This document shows, one piece after another, positions 25,201 to 35,942 of a stretch of DNA of 64,000 nt. The stretch comes from Macrostomum lignano (taxonomy: Eukaryota). The stretch is from NCBI GenBank assembly GCA_002269645.1, contig NIVC01000745.1, forward strand, positions 62,001-126,000, given 5' to 3'. The notes beneath the pieces are model-generated. The model searched no databases. It was not told the DNA's origin and was given only the letters and a program-made list of their open reading frames with translations. The translations under genes and the position numbers were made by a program. Within the stretch, counting starts at the first letter, position 1. Each line of letters begins with the position of its first letter.

Positions 25201-28200
25201 TAGCTTCTCAAAGTTTTTAGCAATCTCGTTGGCAAGCCAGACCGTAGATGGGTGAAAAGGAAGGACCATTGGGATGGGTCGGAGAAGATGATTGTCGACC
25301 CTGATGTTCGTACCTGGCGGTTTGTCAGTCCCCAGTTTTTTAATCCAGATTTCTTCCCTTAGTTCGATTTTGTTGTTATTAAGAACTTGTTCGATAGCAA
25401 TGGAGACAAAGTTTGCAATCGAGTGATTGGGGGTGAGAAAGTGCTCTGACCCCGAAGTAACGACTCTCCTGTTAATATTTGACCTGTGCTGGTTCATTCT
25501 ATCTCTCATTGTTCTTCTAGTCATCCCTACATAGAGGATTTTCCCAGGGTGGCACTGGTTACAGGAGATGCCATAGATGATGCTCTTGGAGCCACAGGAC
25601 AGGCTCTGAGAGATTAAAAAACCAGAAGCCGGTTTCAGCCCCTGGGCGGAGAGAGCAGGCGGTGAGTGGGTGCAGCATTTGCAGCGGGATGACCCACAGG
25701 GATGGAACCCTTTGGGAAGCAGACCCAGATTGGTCGTTGGTCCTGCAGTCCAGTTCATAAGTATGAGGACATCCTTTTTGCAGTTTCTAAGAAAAATCTT
25801 CGAGTAGCCTAATTGCTTGAGTTCCGATTTTAAAGAATTGAAAGCGTCGTTGAAAGACTTGTAGTCATCACAGATACGAGCGTACCGAAGGACTTGGGAT
25901 TTTACTACCCCCTTGAAGGTGTGTGACGGATGGAAGGACTGTCGGTGCAACAATCTATGGGTGTCTGTTTCTTTCGAAAACAGTTGTGTTGTGAAGCGGT
26001 TTTCAGCTTTCTTGATGGTCATGTCAAGGAAACTGACCTCAGTTGATGAGGAGCTGACGGTGAGTTTGATGTTGGGGTTGATTGAATTTAGGTGTCGAAC
26101 AAATTCTGTCAGAGCTTCAGCCGGGTGGTTCCAGTGAATGAATATATTGTGGCGGCCAGACTATGCGACCAGCAGCACCAGTGCAGCCGCACTGGAAACC
26201 CCCCCACCAACCTCTGTCTAGCTGAGGTGGGGTGGTGGCGCACCGCGCTAGCCGTCTCGCTAAGCCAGGGGGGTTGGCGTAGCCAATCACGCCACGCCAC
26301 ATGTGCGCACCTCCCTTGGCCCCTCAATAATCTCGCGCTGTTTTCACTTGTATAAATATACGCGCAATGCAGTGCAACATCTTCGCTGCCATTACATCTA
26401 TCGAACTAAAAGGCCTTCCGCCTCAATATCATCTATGTACCTAAAATAAATATTCGGCTTATAAAGAGCAGTTCTCAGGGCAGTTTCCTCCCAGAGGCTC
26501 ACGAACAGACAGGCATAGCTGGGCGCAAATATGCGCCCCATGGCTGTACCTCTAAGTTGTAGGAAAATCATTTTGTCAAATTCAAAGTCATTCCTGTACA
26601 AACACAATTCCAGTAGCTTAGGGTATAGGTAGATAGGGCGAGGGAGAAGGGAGAGGGTGAGGGATGGGGTGAGACAGAAGGGAGAGGGTAAGAGATAGGG
26701 TGAGACAGAAGGGAGTGGGTGAGAGATAGGGCGAGGGAGAAGGGAGAGGGTAAGAGATAGGGTGAGACAGAAGGGAGAGGGGAAGAGATAGGGTGAGACA
26801 GAAGGGAGAGGGGAAGAGATAGGGTGAGACAGAAGGGAGTGGGTGAGAGATAGGGCGAGGGAGAAGGGAGAGGGTAAGAGATAGGGTGAGACAGAAGGGA
26901 GAGGGGAAGAGATAGGGTGAGACAGAAGGGAGAGGGGAAGAGATAGGGTGAGACAGAAGGGAGAGGGTAATAGATAGGGTGAGACAGAAGGGAGAGGGTA
27001 AGAGATGGAGAAGATTCGCTGACAGCAGTCATTTAGGCAGACAAGTGCTGAGGGGGCGGAGCGGGCAGGGCGCAGGCTGCAGGACACGACAGCAGCGGGG
27101 ATCAGCCACAAGGCCACTCGAGCTCACAGACCACCCGAGTCGGCATGTTAATCCTATTGCGGATCAATAATCCCACATCAAAGCAGCTCAATTCCCCCGT
27201 ACGAATGAGGAAGCCGGGCATCCCATCAATCGCGGCAGTTGTGGATCAAAGAGCAAAAAATGAAGTTTCTGGGCAGAAGGTCAAAGGCTGAGTCTCGTCA
27301 GGAAATTCGGATGCGAAAACACGCGCAGCAGCAGCAGCTCGGCTGATGAAGCACCGAGCAGGTCGAGCGAAGCTCACGCAATGCCCAGCCCAGCCTCACC
27401 GCCCCATCCTGCTCGGGGGGAAGGCGGCTTCTCAATAAACTCTCCAGCTTGCGGTCCCTGGGCGAGTGTTAATTTCCCGAGTAGAGGCTGGGAGCTGCCG
27501 GTCAGCGAGAGTCAAGGAGGCCTTGAGCTAGGTTGGGGCGGGAGCGGTCGACTTCCCTGCAGTTCTCACGGCTTTTGCCGGGATCCCTGCTAGTCAAAAG
27601 CTTTCATTTATTTTGATCCCTGATTCTAAATAAAAATCTTTTCTGCATCAAAACTTTCTATGTCAATCAAACTGTTGCTCATAGCTTTCTGCTTTGAATG
27701 CAATGAGTTTCTTCTCAAGTACACAGAATTGTTTCAGCCTTGATCTGAGGCCAAGTTTAAAGAATTCATGATAGATTAAACTACTTGAAGGCTTCAGAGT
27801 AGAGTTGGCAATCCAGATTCCTGGTTCCAGCTCTCCTTGTCGGAATACGCTAGCTCTGCTCTGCTCTTCTCTGCTCAGCTCAGCCAATTCATTCATCTGG
27901 GGCGCACTTTTTCCTTTTTCTCGATGATGAGCGGTGGGTGAGGGGGTTGGCGCGGGCAGTAAAGGGGAAGAGAGGATCCTGGAGGCTTTGGTGGGGAGAT
28001 TTACCCCCTCCCTGATGCCGATATCTATTTTTCCCGCCTCTCGCAGCCAGCAAGGCCCCGCGCTGATCCGCTCGGATCCCACGGCGGAAAAGAGATCTGA
28101 GCTGACAGGTTGAAAGGCCCAGGGCAGCTGGGGAAGGCGGTGGGGCTCAGTTCGTTGCGAGGCTTTCCAATCCAAACTCTAGGTCTTGAGCACCTTGTTG

Positions 28201-29019
28201 CGCCTAGAATACCATGGCCTCTTACAGTTCATTGTTCTAATGCCAATTGTGGCCTAGGAGCTACAATATTTATTTAGATACATATCGGCAATCCGTTAAG
28301 CAAAAAACGCACAAAAATATCTAGGAGCTATAGTTGGTGTTCCTGCTCCTCAGCTCCTGCTATAGACTTCTACTGATGCTAAAAATAGAATCATATACCG
28401 GAATCCCACAGGCTTTGACCAAGTTCCTGCTCCTCAGCTCCTGCTATAGACTTCTACTGATGCTAAAAATAGAATCATATACCGGGAATCCCTCAGGCCT
28501 TAGCCAAGTTCCTGCTCCTCAGCTCCTGCTATAGACTTCTACTGATGCTAAAAATAGAATCATCTACCGGGAATCCCTCAGGCCTTAGCCAAGTTCCTGC
28601 TCCTCAGCTCCTGCTATAGACTTCTACTGAAGCTAAAAATAGAATCCTATATCGGGAATCCCTCAGGCCTTAGCCAAGTTCCTGCTCCTCAGCTCCTGCT
28701 ATAGACTTCTACTGAAGCTAAAAATAGAATCCTATACCGGGAATCCCGCAGGCTTTGGCCAAGTTCCTGCTCCTCAGCTCCTGCTATAGACTTCTACTGA
28801 TGCTAAAAATAGAATCATATACCGGGAATCCCGCAGGCTTTGGCCAAGTTCCTGTTCCTGAGCTACAGCTCGCAGTACTGCAACTGGCTGCTGAGGCACA
28901 AGCTGCCGAGACCGAGGGTGCAGCGCCACACCCAGACCAACATTCCCTGCGTGTGCCAGCTGGCTGAGACAATTAACTTTGGTCAGGAGTGCCTGATTAA
29001 CGGCGATAATGCGGTCTGA
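16231..29019 (+). CDS. TMEM268: TMEM268-like two-TM membrane protein, 9 exons, about 356 aa; start codon and the exon 5/6 junction are the least certain parts
   Basis: Exons 16231-16406, 18055-18097, 18899-19055, 19708-19805, 22026-22142, 23484-23519, 23627-23689, 24291-24488, 28837-29019. All GT-AG with consistent phases, 1071 nt. The peptide has ELQQFQVSHSEY...DPKVR, two hydrophobic helices, [26 protein letters not shown] and C-terminal [15 protein letters not shown], which parallel human TMEM268 as recalled (QV...Y...EPQVR, LLRHRVLLGV, FVYFDLENC, RHT...IPCPCQLIE). Confidence 0.75.
16410..17635. repeat. 40-bp G-rich, telomere-like minisatellite starting at the intron donor
   Basis: About 30 copies of TTAGGTGTAGCTTTGGGTTTGGGCTTAGGTTGGGTTGGGG. 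Confidence 0.95.
18100..18850. repeat. 48-bp and 30-bp G/T-rich minisatellite filling TMEM268-like intron 2
   Basis: GTGGGGTGGGTGTGAAGTGGGGTGTGTGTGGAGCGGGGTGGCTGCGGA, then AAAGTAGGGTGTGTGGAGTGGGGTGGCTGC. Confidence 0.95.
19305..19650. repeat. 16-18-bp C-rich minisatellite (intron 3)
   Basis: CAGATCCCCACCCTCT variants. Confidence 0.9.
19880..20237. repeat. 16-bp minisatellite (intron 4)
   Basis: About 22 copies of GACTGACTGACCCACA. Confidence 0.95.
20730..22016. repeat. 12-bp minisatellite (intron 4), ending 9 nt before the acceptor
   Basis: About 107 copies of CATTCCATCACC; source of the HPFH, MEWV and MGDG pseudo-ORFs. Confidence 0.97.
22225..22975. repeat. 24-bp minisatellite with higher-order structure (intron 5)
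   Basis: GATCTAATCATAGAGAATCGCGGA; the marker variant CACGGAAAACTCATCATAGGG recurs at about 22250, 22466 and 22658. Confidence 0.95.
23695..24235. repeat. 30-31-bp palindrome-containing minisatellite (intron 7)
   Basis: About 17 copies of CAGCAGTTGGGATCGAATCCCCTTCGAGTC. Confidence 0.95.
24490..24690. repeat. 31-bp purine-rich minisatellite, left part (split by the Penelope element)
   Basis: AGATAGGGTGAGACAGAAGGGAGAGGGTAAG variants starting at donor 24489. Confidence 0.85.
24741..24778 (-). ncRNA. Minimal type I hammerhead ribozyme in the Penelope 3' terminal region
   Basis: The - strand reads GGC CTGACGA A GAGCC-CAGA-GGCTC GAAA C CG GTA GCC: core boxes, a 5-bp stem II, palindromic ACCGGT at stem III, a GUA cleavage triplet and a GGC/GCC stem I. 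Confidence 0.8.
26147..26426. mobile_element. 280-bp MITE-like insertion in the Penelope RT just after YIDD
   Basis: Ends TTGTGGCGG...CCGCCTCAA with TA on both sides. Removing it together with one TA restores [12 protein letters not shown] in frame. Confidence 0.7.
26630..27005. repeat. 31-bp purine-rich minisatellite, right part
   Basis: Same unit as 24490-24690. Confidence 0.9.
28335..28860 (+). repeat. 85-bp tandem repeat containing the last TMEM268-like 3' splice site and the start of the exon
   Basis: CAG/GC junction copies have their AG at 28410, 28495, 28580, 28665, 28750 and (the real acceptor) 28835. Confidence 0.92.
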
Positions 29020-29234
29020 CCTGAGCCTGACAGCCAGAGAACCTGGCATTAAGATCTGATCAAAGCTATCTGCGCATTTTTTTATGAAGCATTATGCTTG
29101 TATTAAATTTTCCGTGAGATATCATTGCTTACTAACAAGTAGTGTGGCAAAGAATTTGAAATAAATTTTGCTTTGTGATTGTAGAAAATTTCAAGGATTT
29201 CAATTTAAAGGCAATTGTAAAACTTATAGTTTAG

Positions 29235-30160
29235 GTGTGCTCATCAGGTGTGCTCATCACTCATCAGATATGCTCACCAGGTGTGCTCATCACTTATCAG
29301 ATATGCTCACTAGGTGTGCTTATCACTCATCAGGTATGCTCACCAGGTGTGCTCATCAGGTATGCTCATCAGGTGTGCTCACCAGGTGTGCTCATCAGGT
29401 GTGCTCATCAGGTGTGCTCACCAGGTGTGCTCATCAGGTGTGCTCATCAGGTGTGCTCACCAGGTGTGCTCATCAGGTGTGCTCATCAGGTGTGCTCATC
29501 AGGTGTGCTCATCAGGTGTGCTCACCAGGTGTGCTCATCAGGTGTGCTCATCAGGTGTGCTCATCAGGTGTGCTCATCAGGTGTGCTCACCAGGTGTGCT
29601 CATCAGGTGTGCTCATCAGGTGTGCTCACCAGGTGTGCTCATCAGGTGTGTTCATCAGGTGTGCTCACCAGGTGTGCTCATCAGGTGTGCTCATCAGGTG
29701 TGCTCATCAGGTGTGCTCATCACTCATCAGATATGCTCACCAGGTGTGCTCATCACTTATCAGATATGCTCACTAGGTGTGCTTATCACTCATCAGGTAT
29801 GCTCACCAGGTGTGCTCATCAGGTATGCTCATCAGGTGTGCTCACCAGGTGTGCTCATCAGGTGTGCTCATCAGGTGTGCTCACCAGGTGTGCTCATCAG
29901 GTGTGCTCATCAGGTGTGCTCACCAGGTGTGCTCATCAGGTGTGCTCATCAGGTGTGCTCATCAGGTGTGCTCATCAGGTGTGCCCACCAGGTGTGCTCA
30001 TCAGGTGTGCTCACCAGGTGTGCTCATCAGGTGTGCTCACCAGGTGTGCCCACCAGGTGTGCTCATCAGGTGTGCTCACCAGGTGTGCTCATCAGGTGTG
30101 CTCACCAGGTGTGCTCATCAGGTGTGCTCACCAGGTGTGCTCATCAGGTGTGCTCACCAG
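29235..30160. repeat. 13-bp minisatellite with a 463-bp higher-order duplication
   Basis: TCAGGTGTGCTCA units; a diverged block near 29253 recurs 463 bp later (ORFs 29314 and 29777 start identically). Confidence 0.95.
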
Positions 30161-30833
30161 TGCGTTCTATTTATTTTCAAGTAGAACTCATGTAAACTGA
30201 AGTGCTTTTATTGCTGCTCCAGCCGTCTTACTCATATTCAAGTCATTCATGAATAAACAACACACAGCAGTGACGCAGCTGAACTGAAAACAAGTCAATA
30301 AATTTGAACTTGAAAAAATCTTTCACTCAGTGAGGTCGCTGTGCCAGCAGTAGTGAGCTGAGCAGGAGTTCAGAGCACTTCTGAGTCTGTACTGCAGATA
30401 CCGCCGTAATACTGACTGTTTGGCTGACCCCGACGTTCGCTTCTGCACTTCTAGAGGAGTGGGGAGGGCGGGAGAGCGGCTTGTCCGGCAGCAACCGGTA
30501 GTGCTGTCGCTGCGGGGCAGAAGAGCTGGCAGGCAAAGCAGAGCCGGGGGCAGAAAGTACTCGGGACTCAGCGAAGGTCGCAGTGGCCTATCCGATCCGA
30601 GCGCAGGTCCGAAGGCTGATATGGTTAGAGAGGCCTGGTAGCCGCAGATAGGGCAGTGGGCAGCACACCCCCTGAGCGCATGGGACTCGGGCTCTCAGGT
30701 TGGCTCAGACGCCAGAAAAAAGCAAAATTCAACCAGTCGGGCAAAGCAAAAAAGGCTGCTCCAAAGCAGGTGAGTCAGAGCAGAAGAGACAGAGGGACGC
30801 AGAGGCAGATCCGGCTCTGAGACCCTCCCGGAC

Positions 30834-33800
30834 ATGCTGGCCGAGTCCCCGCAGCGCCAGCAGCAGGCGCTGTTCCGCTGCGTCGCCCAGAACGACCTCG
30901 GCCGCGTCGGCGAGCTGCTCCGCCAGAGCCACGTTGATGTGAACGGCCGCGACTCCGACAACCACAGAATGACGCCGCTGATGCGCGCGGCCTGGGCCAA
31001 CCTGCCCGACATGATCCGCCTGCTGCTGAAGGCCGGCGCTAGGCTGGACGACTCCGACAGCGAGTCCGGAGCCTCGGCGCTGCACATCGCGGCCAGGGAG
31101 AACGCCTCCGCCGCCGTTGCCGCCCTCATTGACGCTCAGGCAAATGTCGACGCTCGTGACAGAGTTCGGCGGACCCCGCTGATGCTGTGCGCCGCGCTGG
31201 GCCACCGGACAGTCGGCGAGCAGCTCCTGCGGGCCGGGGCGGACACGGACCTGCAGCGGGACACCGGCTACACCGCCATGCACCTGGCCTGCGAGCGGAA
31301 CCACCTGGACTTCGCCCGCCTGCTGGTGGAGTTCGGAGCCCGGCTGGACATTGCGGCCAACCGGCAGGCGGACTGCCACACTCCCTTCACTCTGGCGGCC
31401 CGCCTGGGCCACGTCGAGATGCTGCGCCTGCTGGCCACGAGAGGCGCCACCGTGGCAGCCCAGCGGTGCAGCCTCGGCACCGCGCTGCAGGTGGCCGTGC
31501 GGTTCAGCCAGGATGAGGCTGCCAGCTTCCTCAGCAAGCTGCAGAAGGACAGGTGAAGTTAGCGAGAGGAGTCTTTTTTCAGTTAGATATGACAGTGGCC
31601 CTTTGTGTCCTGCGGGGGGTTGCCAACTGTGTCTTTGTTAGTAGCCGCTATGTACATTAGGGGGTTGCCACCTGTGTCTTTGTTCGTAGCCGCTATGTAC
31701 AAAAGGGGTTGCCACCTGTGTCCTTCTGAGAGTGGTCACCCCTGTGTCCTCTGGAATCTCACCTCTGTGTCCTCTGGAATCTCGCCTCTGTGCCCCTTGG
31801 AATCTTACCTCTGTGTCCTCTGGAATCTCACCTCTGTGTCCTCTGGAATCTCATCTCTGTGTTCTCTGGAATCTCGCCTCTGTGTTCTCTGGAATCTCAC
31901 CTCTGTGTCCTCTGAAATCTCACCTCTGTGTCCTCTGGAATCTCACCTGTGTTCTCTCGAATCTCACCTCTGTGTCCTCTGGAATCTCACCTCTGTGTCC
32001 TCTGGAATCTCACCTGTGTTCTCTCGAATCTCACCTCAGTGTCCTCTGGAATCTCACCTCTTTGTTCTCTGGAATCTCACCTCTGTGTTCTCTGGAATCT
32101 CACCTCTGTGCCCCTTGGAATCTCACCTCTGTGTTCTCTGGAATCTCACCTCTGTGTTCTCTGGAATCTCACCTCTGTGTTCTCTGGAATCTCACCTCTG
32201 TGTCCTCTGGAATCTCACCTCTGTGTTCTCTGGAATCTCACCTCTGTGTTCTCTGGAATCTCACCTCTGTGTTCTCTGGAATCTCACCTCTGTGTTCTCT
32301 GGAATCTCACCTCTGTGCGCCTTGGAATCTCACCTCTGTGTTCTCTGGAATCTCACCTCTGTGCGCCTTGGAATCTCACCTCTGTGTTCTCTGGAATCTC
32401 ACCTCTGTGCGCCTTGGAATCTCACCTCTATATCATTTTTGAAAGTTTTCACCTGAGTGTTGCAACACCAGAACCGCTCTCCCATCCGCTGCAGGCCGCC
32501 TGAGCTCCCCTCGGCCAGCCGCTGCAGCACCCCCCGTCAGGCCAGCACCATCAGCGACTCGGACACAGATACGGACGAATCCGACACGTCCGAGTACGAC
32601 GATACCGACTCGTCCTCCGACTTGGACACGGCCGCAACCGTTTCGGCAGACGGCACGCTGGCGCCCTCCTCCCGAGCGGCTCCCGCCGAGGAGGCAGTCG
32701 TTGCGACCGCGACTGGCGCTCGGGATTCGCCAGGGAAACTTCGACGCCGAAAAGCGGGCGTCGCGTGGCAGCACAGCCGACCGTCGACCCCCGAGCTGCC
32801 CCCGATGACCCCCCAGCTGCCCCTGCTGACCCCCCAGCTGCCCCTGCTGACCCCCCAGCTGCCCCTGCTGACCCCCGAGTTGCCTCCGCCAGCGCCTGCA
32901 CAGCTTCGAAGCCCGCCACAGCCGTGCAGCTCCAAACCGTCGACCCCAAGCTCGCCCAGAACAATGTCGATGCCTCGAACCCCGGTGACTTCGAGGACCC
33001 CATCGTCACCCTCGACGCCGTCAACGCCGTCACCGCCAATTAGGCCGTCGCTGCTGCCGAAGCGCCAGACAAAATACCGAACCATCCGTAGCTCGAGGAT
33101 CTGCCGCAACAACGGAGCCAGCGAAGACGACTCTCCGCTGAACTCGCCAAGAAGTTCCGGGCGCCAAGTCCACCCGCTGCCGGCCGCGGCAGTTGCGGAG
33201 GCGGCTGAGGCGGCCCGGGCAGCGGCGGCGTTGCTGCCCCCCATCGCGGCGCCGCGCGGTCTGTCGCGGCCTTCGACGCCCGAACTTCGGCGAGTGCACA
33301 GCGTGCGGCCGCATCGGCAGGTGGGCCAGCTCAGCCCGCAGCAGCAACAGCAGCAGCAGCTGATCATCCAGCAGCAGCAGCAGCAGCTGGAGCAACTGCA
33401 GCTTCTTCATCAGCAGATTCTGCAGCAGCAGCCGCTGCTTCAAGCCCAGCAGCAGCAGTGGCTGAACCTGCACCGGTCGCCAAGCAACCCCAGCAACGGC
33501 TTCTCCTCCAGCGAGGGCGTCTCGTGCGCCATCCAGCCCTTCAAGGCGTGGAAGATCAAGAAGAACGACCGGCCCATCGGGTCCGGCTCCTTCGGCGCGG
33601 TGTACCGGGCCTTCACCGACAGGAACCAGTTCGTGGCCGTCAAGGTGGTGAAGCTTTCCGCCAACGCCAGCCCTCAGCAGCTTCAGCGCGTTATCCGCAA
33701 CGAGGAGAAAGGCGTCCGGCTGCTCAGCCGGCTGAACCACCGCAACATCCTGAAGTTCTTGAAGACCGACCGGGACCACCAGGGCAACTTCTGCATCTTC

Positions 33801-34681
33801 ACGGAGCTGCTGTCGGGGAACAGCCTGGCCGGTATTCTGGAGGAGTACGGGGTGTTCTCTGAGGACGGCATCGCCAACTTCGCCAGACAGGTAGAGATCT
33901 CTGTGGATTACTTATGCATGGAGATCAGTTGTAGATCAGCTGTAGATCAGCTGTAGATCAGCTGTAGATCAGCTGTAGATCAGCTGTACATCAGCTGTAC
34001 ATCAGCAGTATATCAGCTGTAGATCAGCTGTAGATCAGCAGTAGATCAGCTGTAGATCAGCTGTAGATCAGCTGTAGATCAGCTGTAGATCAGCTGTAGA
34101 TCAGCTGTAAATCAGCAGTATATCAGCAGTAGATCAGTTGTAGATCAGCTGTAGATCAGCTGTAGATCAGCTGATTCAGCAGAATGGCACCCCCGCAGAT
34201 CTGCAGCGCCCTTGATTATATCCATACCCGGAGCCCCCCGGTGCTGCACTGGGACCTGAAGTGCTCCAACGTCATGCTGACCAACGAGGGCGTCATCAAG
34301 CTGATCGACTTCGGCCTCGCCAAGGAGATCGCAGCCTCGATGGCTGCCAACGCAACCGAAGTGGTCGGCACGCCATGCTTCATCCCGCCGGAGATTCTGG
34401 ACGGCGGCAACTTCACGGACAAGTCGGACATCTGGTCGCTGGGCTGCACCGTCTTCGAGATGGCCACCGGGGCGGCACCCAACGCCGACAAGAAGAGCAT
34501 CAACGCCGTGATGTTCGCCATCTGCAACAAGCCGATGCCACGCCTGCCGCCAAAGATGTCCAAATCACTGCACGCCTTCTACGGCGCCTGCGTCCAGAAG
34601 GTGCCCACCGCACGGCCGTCGGCAGCGGACCTGCTGGGCCACCCGATGGTGCGGAGCAGCGCCACCCACACAGCAGTTTGA
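30834..34681 (+). CDS. Ankyrin-repeat protein with a C-terminal STE11/MAP3K (MEKK-like) kinase domain, 3 coding exons, 865 aa
   Basis: Exons 30834-31552, 32495-33890, 34199-34681 (phases 2 and 0; 2598 nt). About 7 ankyrin repeats ([35 protein letters not shown]), a long S/P/Q-rich linker, and kinase motifs [33 protein letters not shown] and [15 protein letters not shown]. Confidence 0.9.
31740..32430. repeat. 23-bp minisatellite in ANK-kinase intron 1
   Basis: About 30 copies of TCTGGAATCTCACCTCTGTGTTC. Confidence 0.95.
33925..34172. repeat. 11-bp minisatellite in ANK-kinase intron 2
   Basis: About 22 copies of GTAGATCAGCT. Confidence 0.95.
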
Positions 34682-34834
34682 GCTGCCCAGCTGCCCGGTG
34701 CCACCCATAGTGAGCCCACCTGCCTACCGCGGCGCGGGATGAGAGCTTGCGGACTCTGCAGCCAGCTTTTTCTGTCCAGTTTTGCCGCCCGGGCTACTAT
34801 GAGTAGCTTTTTAGCTCAAGCTCACTGTAGTCAC

Positions 34835-35942
34835 TATGACTCTCCCTGACTCACCCTGGTTCTCCCTGACCCACCCTGACCCACCTGACTCTCCCTGACC
34901 CACTCTAACTTTCCCTGACCCACCTGACTCTCCCTGACCCCACCCTGACCCACCTGACTCTCCCTGACCCACCATGACTCTCCCTGACCCACCATGACTC
35001 TCCCTGACCCACCCTGGCTCTCCCTGACCCACCATGACTCTCCCTGACCCACCCTGACTCTCCCTGACTCACCCTAACTCTCGCTAGCTCACTCTGACTC
35101 TCGCTAGCTCACTCTGACTCTCGCTAGCTCACTCTGACTCTCGCTAGCTCACTCTGACTCTGGCTAGCTCACTCTGACTCTCGCTAGCTCACTCTGACTC
35201 TCGCTAGCTCACTCTGACTCTCGCTAGCTCACTCTGACTCTCGCTAGCTCACTCTGACTCTCGCTAGCTCACTCTGACTCTCGCTAGCTCACTCTGACTC
35301 TCGCTAGCTCACTCTGACTCTCGCTAGCTCACTCTGACTCTGGCTAGCTCACTCTGACTCTCGCTAGCTCACTCTGACTCTCGCTAGCTCACTCTGACTC
35401 TCGCTAGCTCACTCTGACTCTGGCTAGCTCACTCTGACTCTCGCTAGCTCACTCTGACTCTCGCTAGCTCACTCTGACTCTCGCTAGCTCACTCTGACTC
35501 TCGCTAGCTCACTCTGACTCTCGCTAGCTCACTCTGACTCTGGCTAGCTCACTCTGACTCTCGCTAGCTCACTCTGACTCTCGCTAGCTCACTCTGACTC
35601 TGGCTAGCTCACTCTGACTCTCGCTAGCTCACTCTGACTCTCGCTAGCTCACTCTGACTCTCGCTAGCTCACTCTGACTCTCGCTAGCTCACTCTGACTC
35701 TCGCTAGCTCACTCTGACTCTCGCTAGCTCACTCTGACTCTCGCTAGCTCACTCTGACTCTGGCTAGCTCACTCTGACTCTCGCTAGCTCACTCTGACTC
35801 TCGCTAGCTCACTCTGACTCTGGCTAGCTCACTCTGACTCTCGCTAGCTCACTCTGACTCTCGCTAGCTCACTCTGACTCTCGCTAGCTCACTCTGACTC
35901 TCGCTAGCTCACTCTGACTCTCGCTAGCTCACTCTGACTCTT
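34835..35942. repeat. Compound array: CTGAC-rich ~22-bp units, then a near-perfect 20-bp unit
   Basis: CTGACTCTCCCTGACCCAC variants up to about 35075, then about 43 copies of ACTCTGACTCTCGCTAGCTC. Confidence 0.95.

Larger units (their letters stand above)
24700..26630 (-). mobile_element. 5'-truncated Penelope-like retroelement (RT C-terminal half plus GIY-YIG endonuclease)
   Basis: RT motifs [17 protein letters not shown] and YFRYIDD, then [15 protein letters not shown]...VSFLD, the linker zinc-finger CGSSRCKCC, and [15 protein letters not shown]...YVGMTRR...R..QH (ORF 25096-26022). Confidence 0.93.

Noticed and set aside
27663-27800. Minus-strand peptide [22 protein letters not shown] resembling a PH-domain start
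   Set aside because: It is short, has no supporting splice structure or continuation, and lies antisense in an intron.
29235-30160. Repeated CTGATGAG (hammerhead core) on the - strand of the 13-bp array
   Set aside because: There is no GAAA box and no stem II or III; it is a coincidence of the unit sequence.
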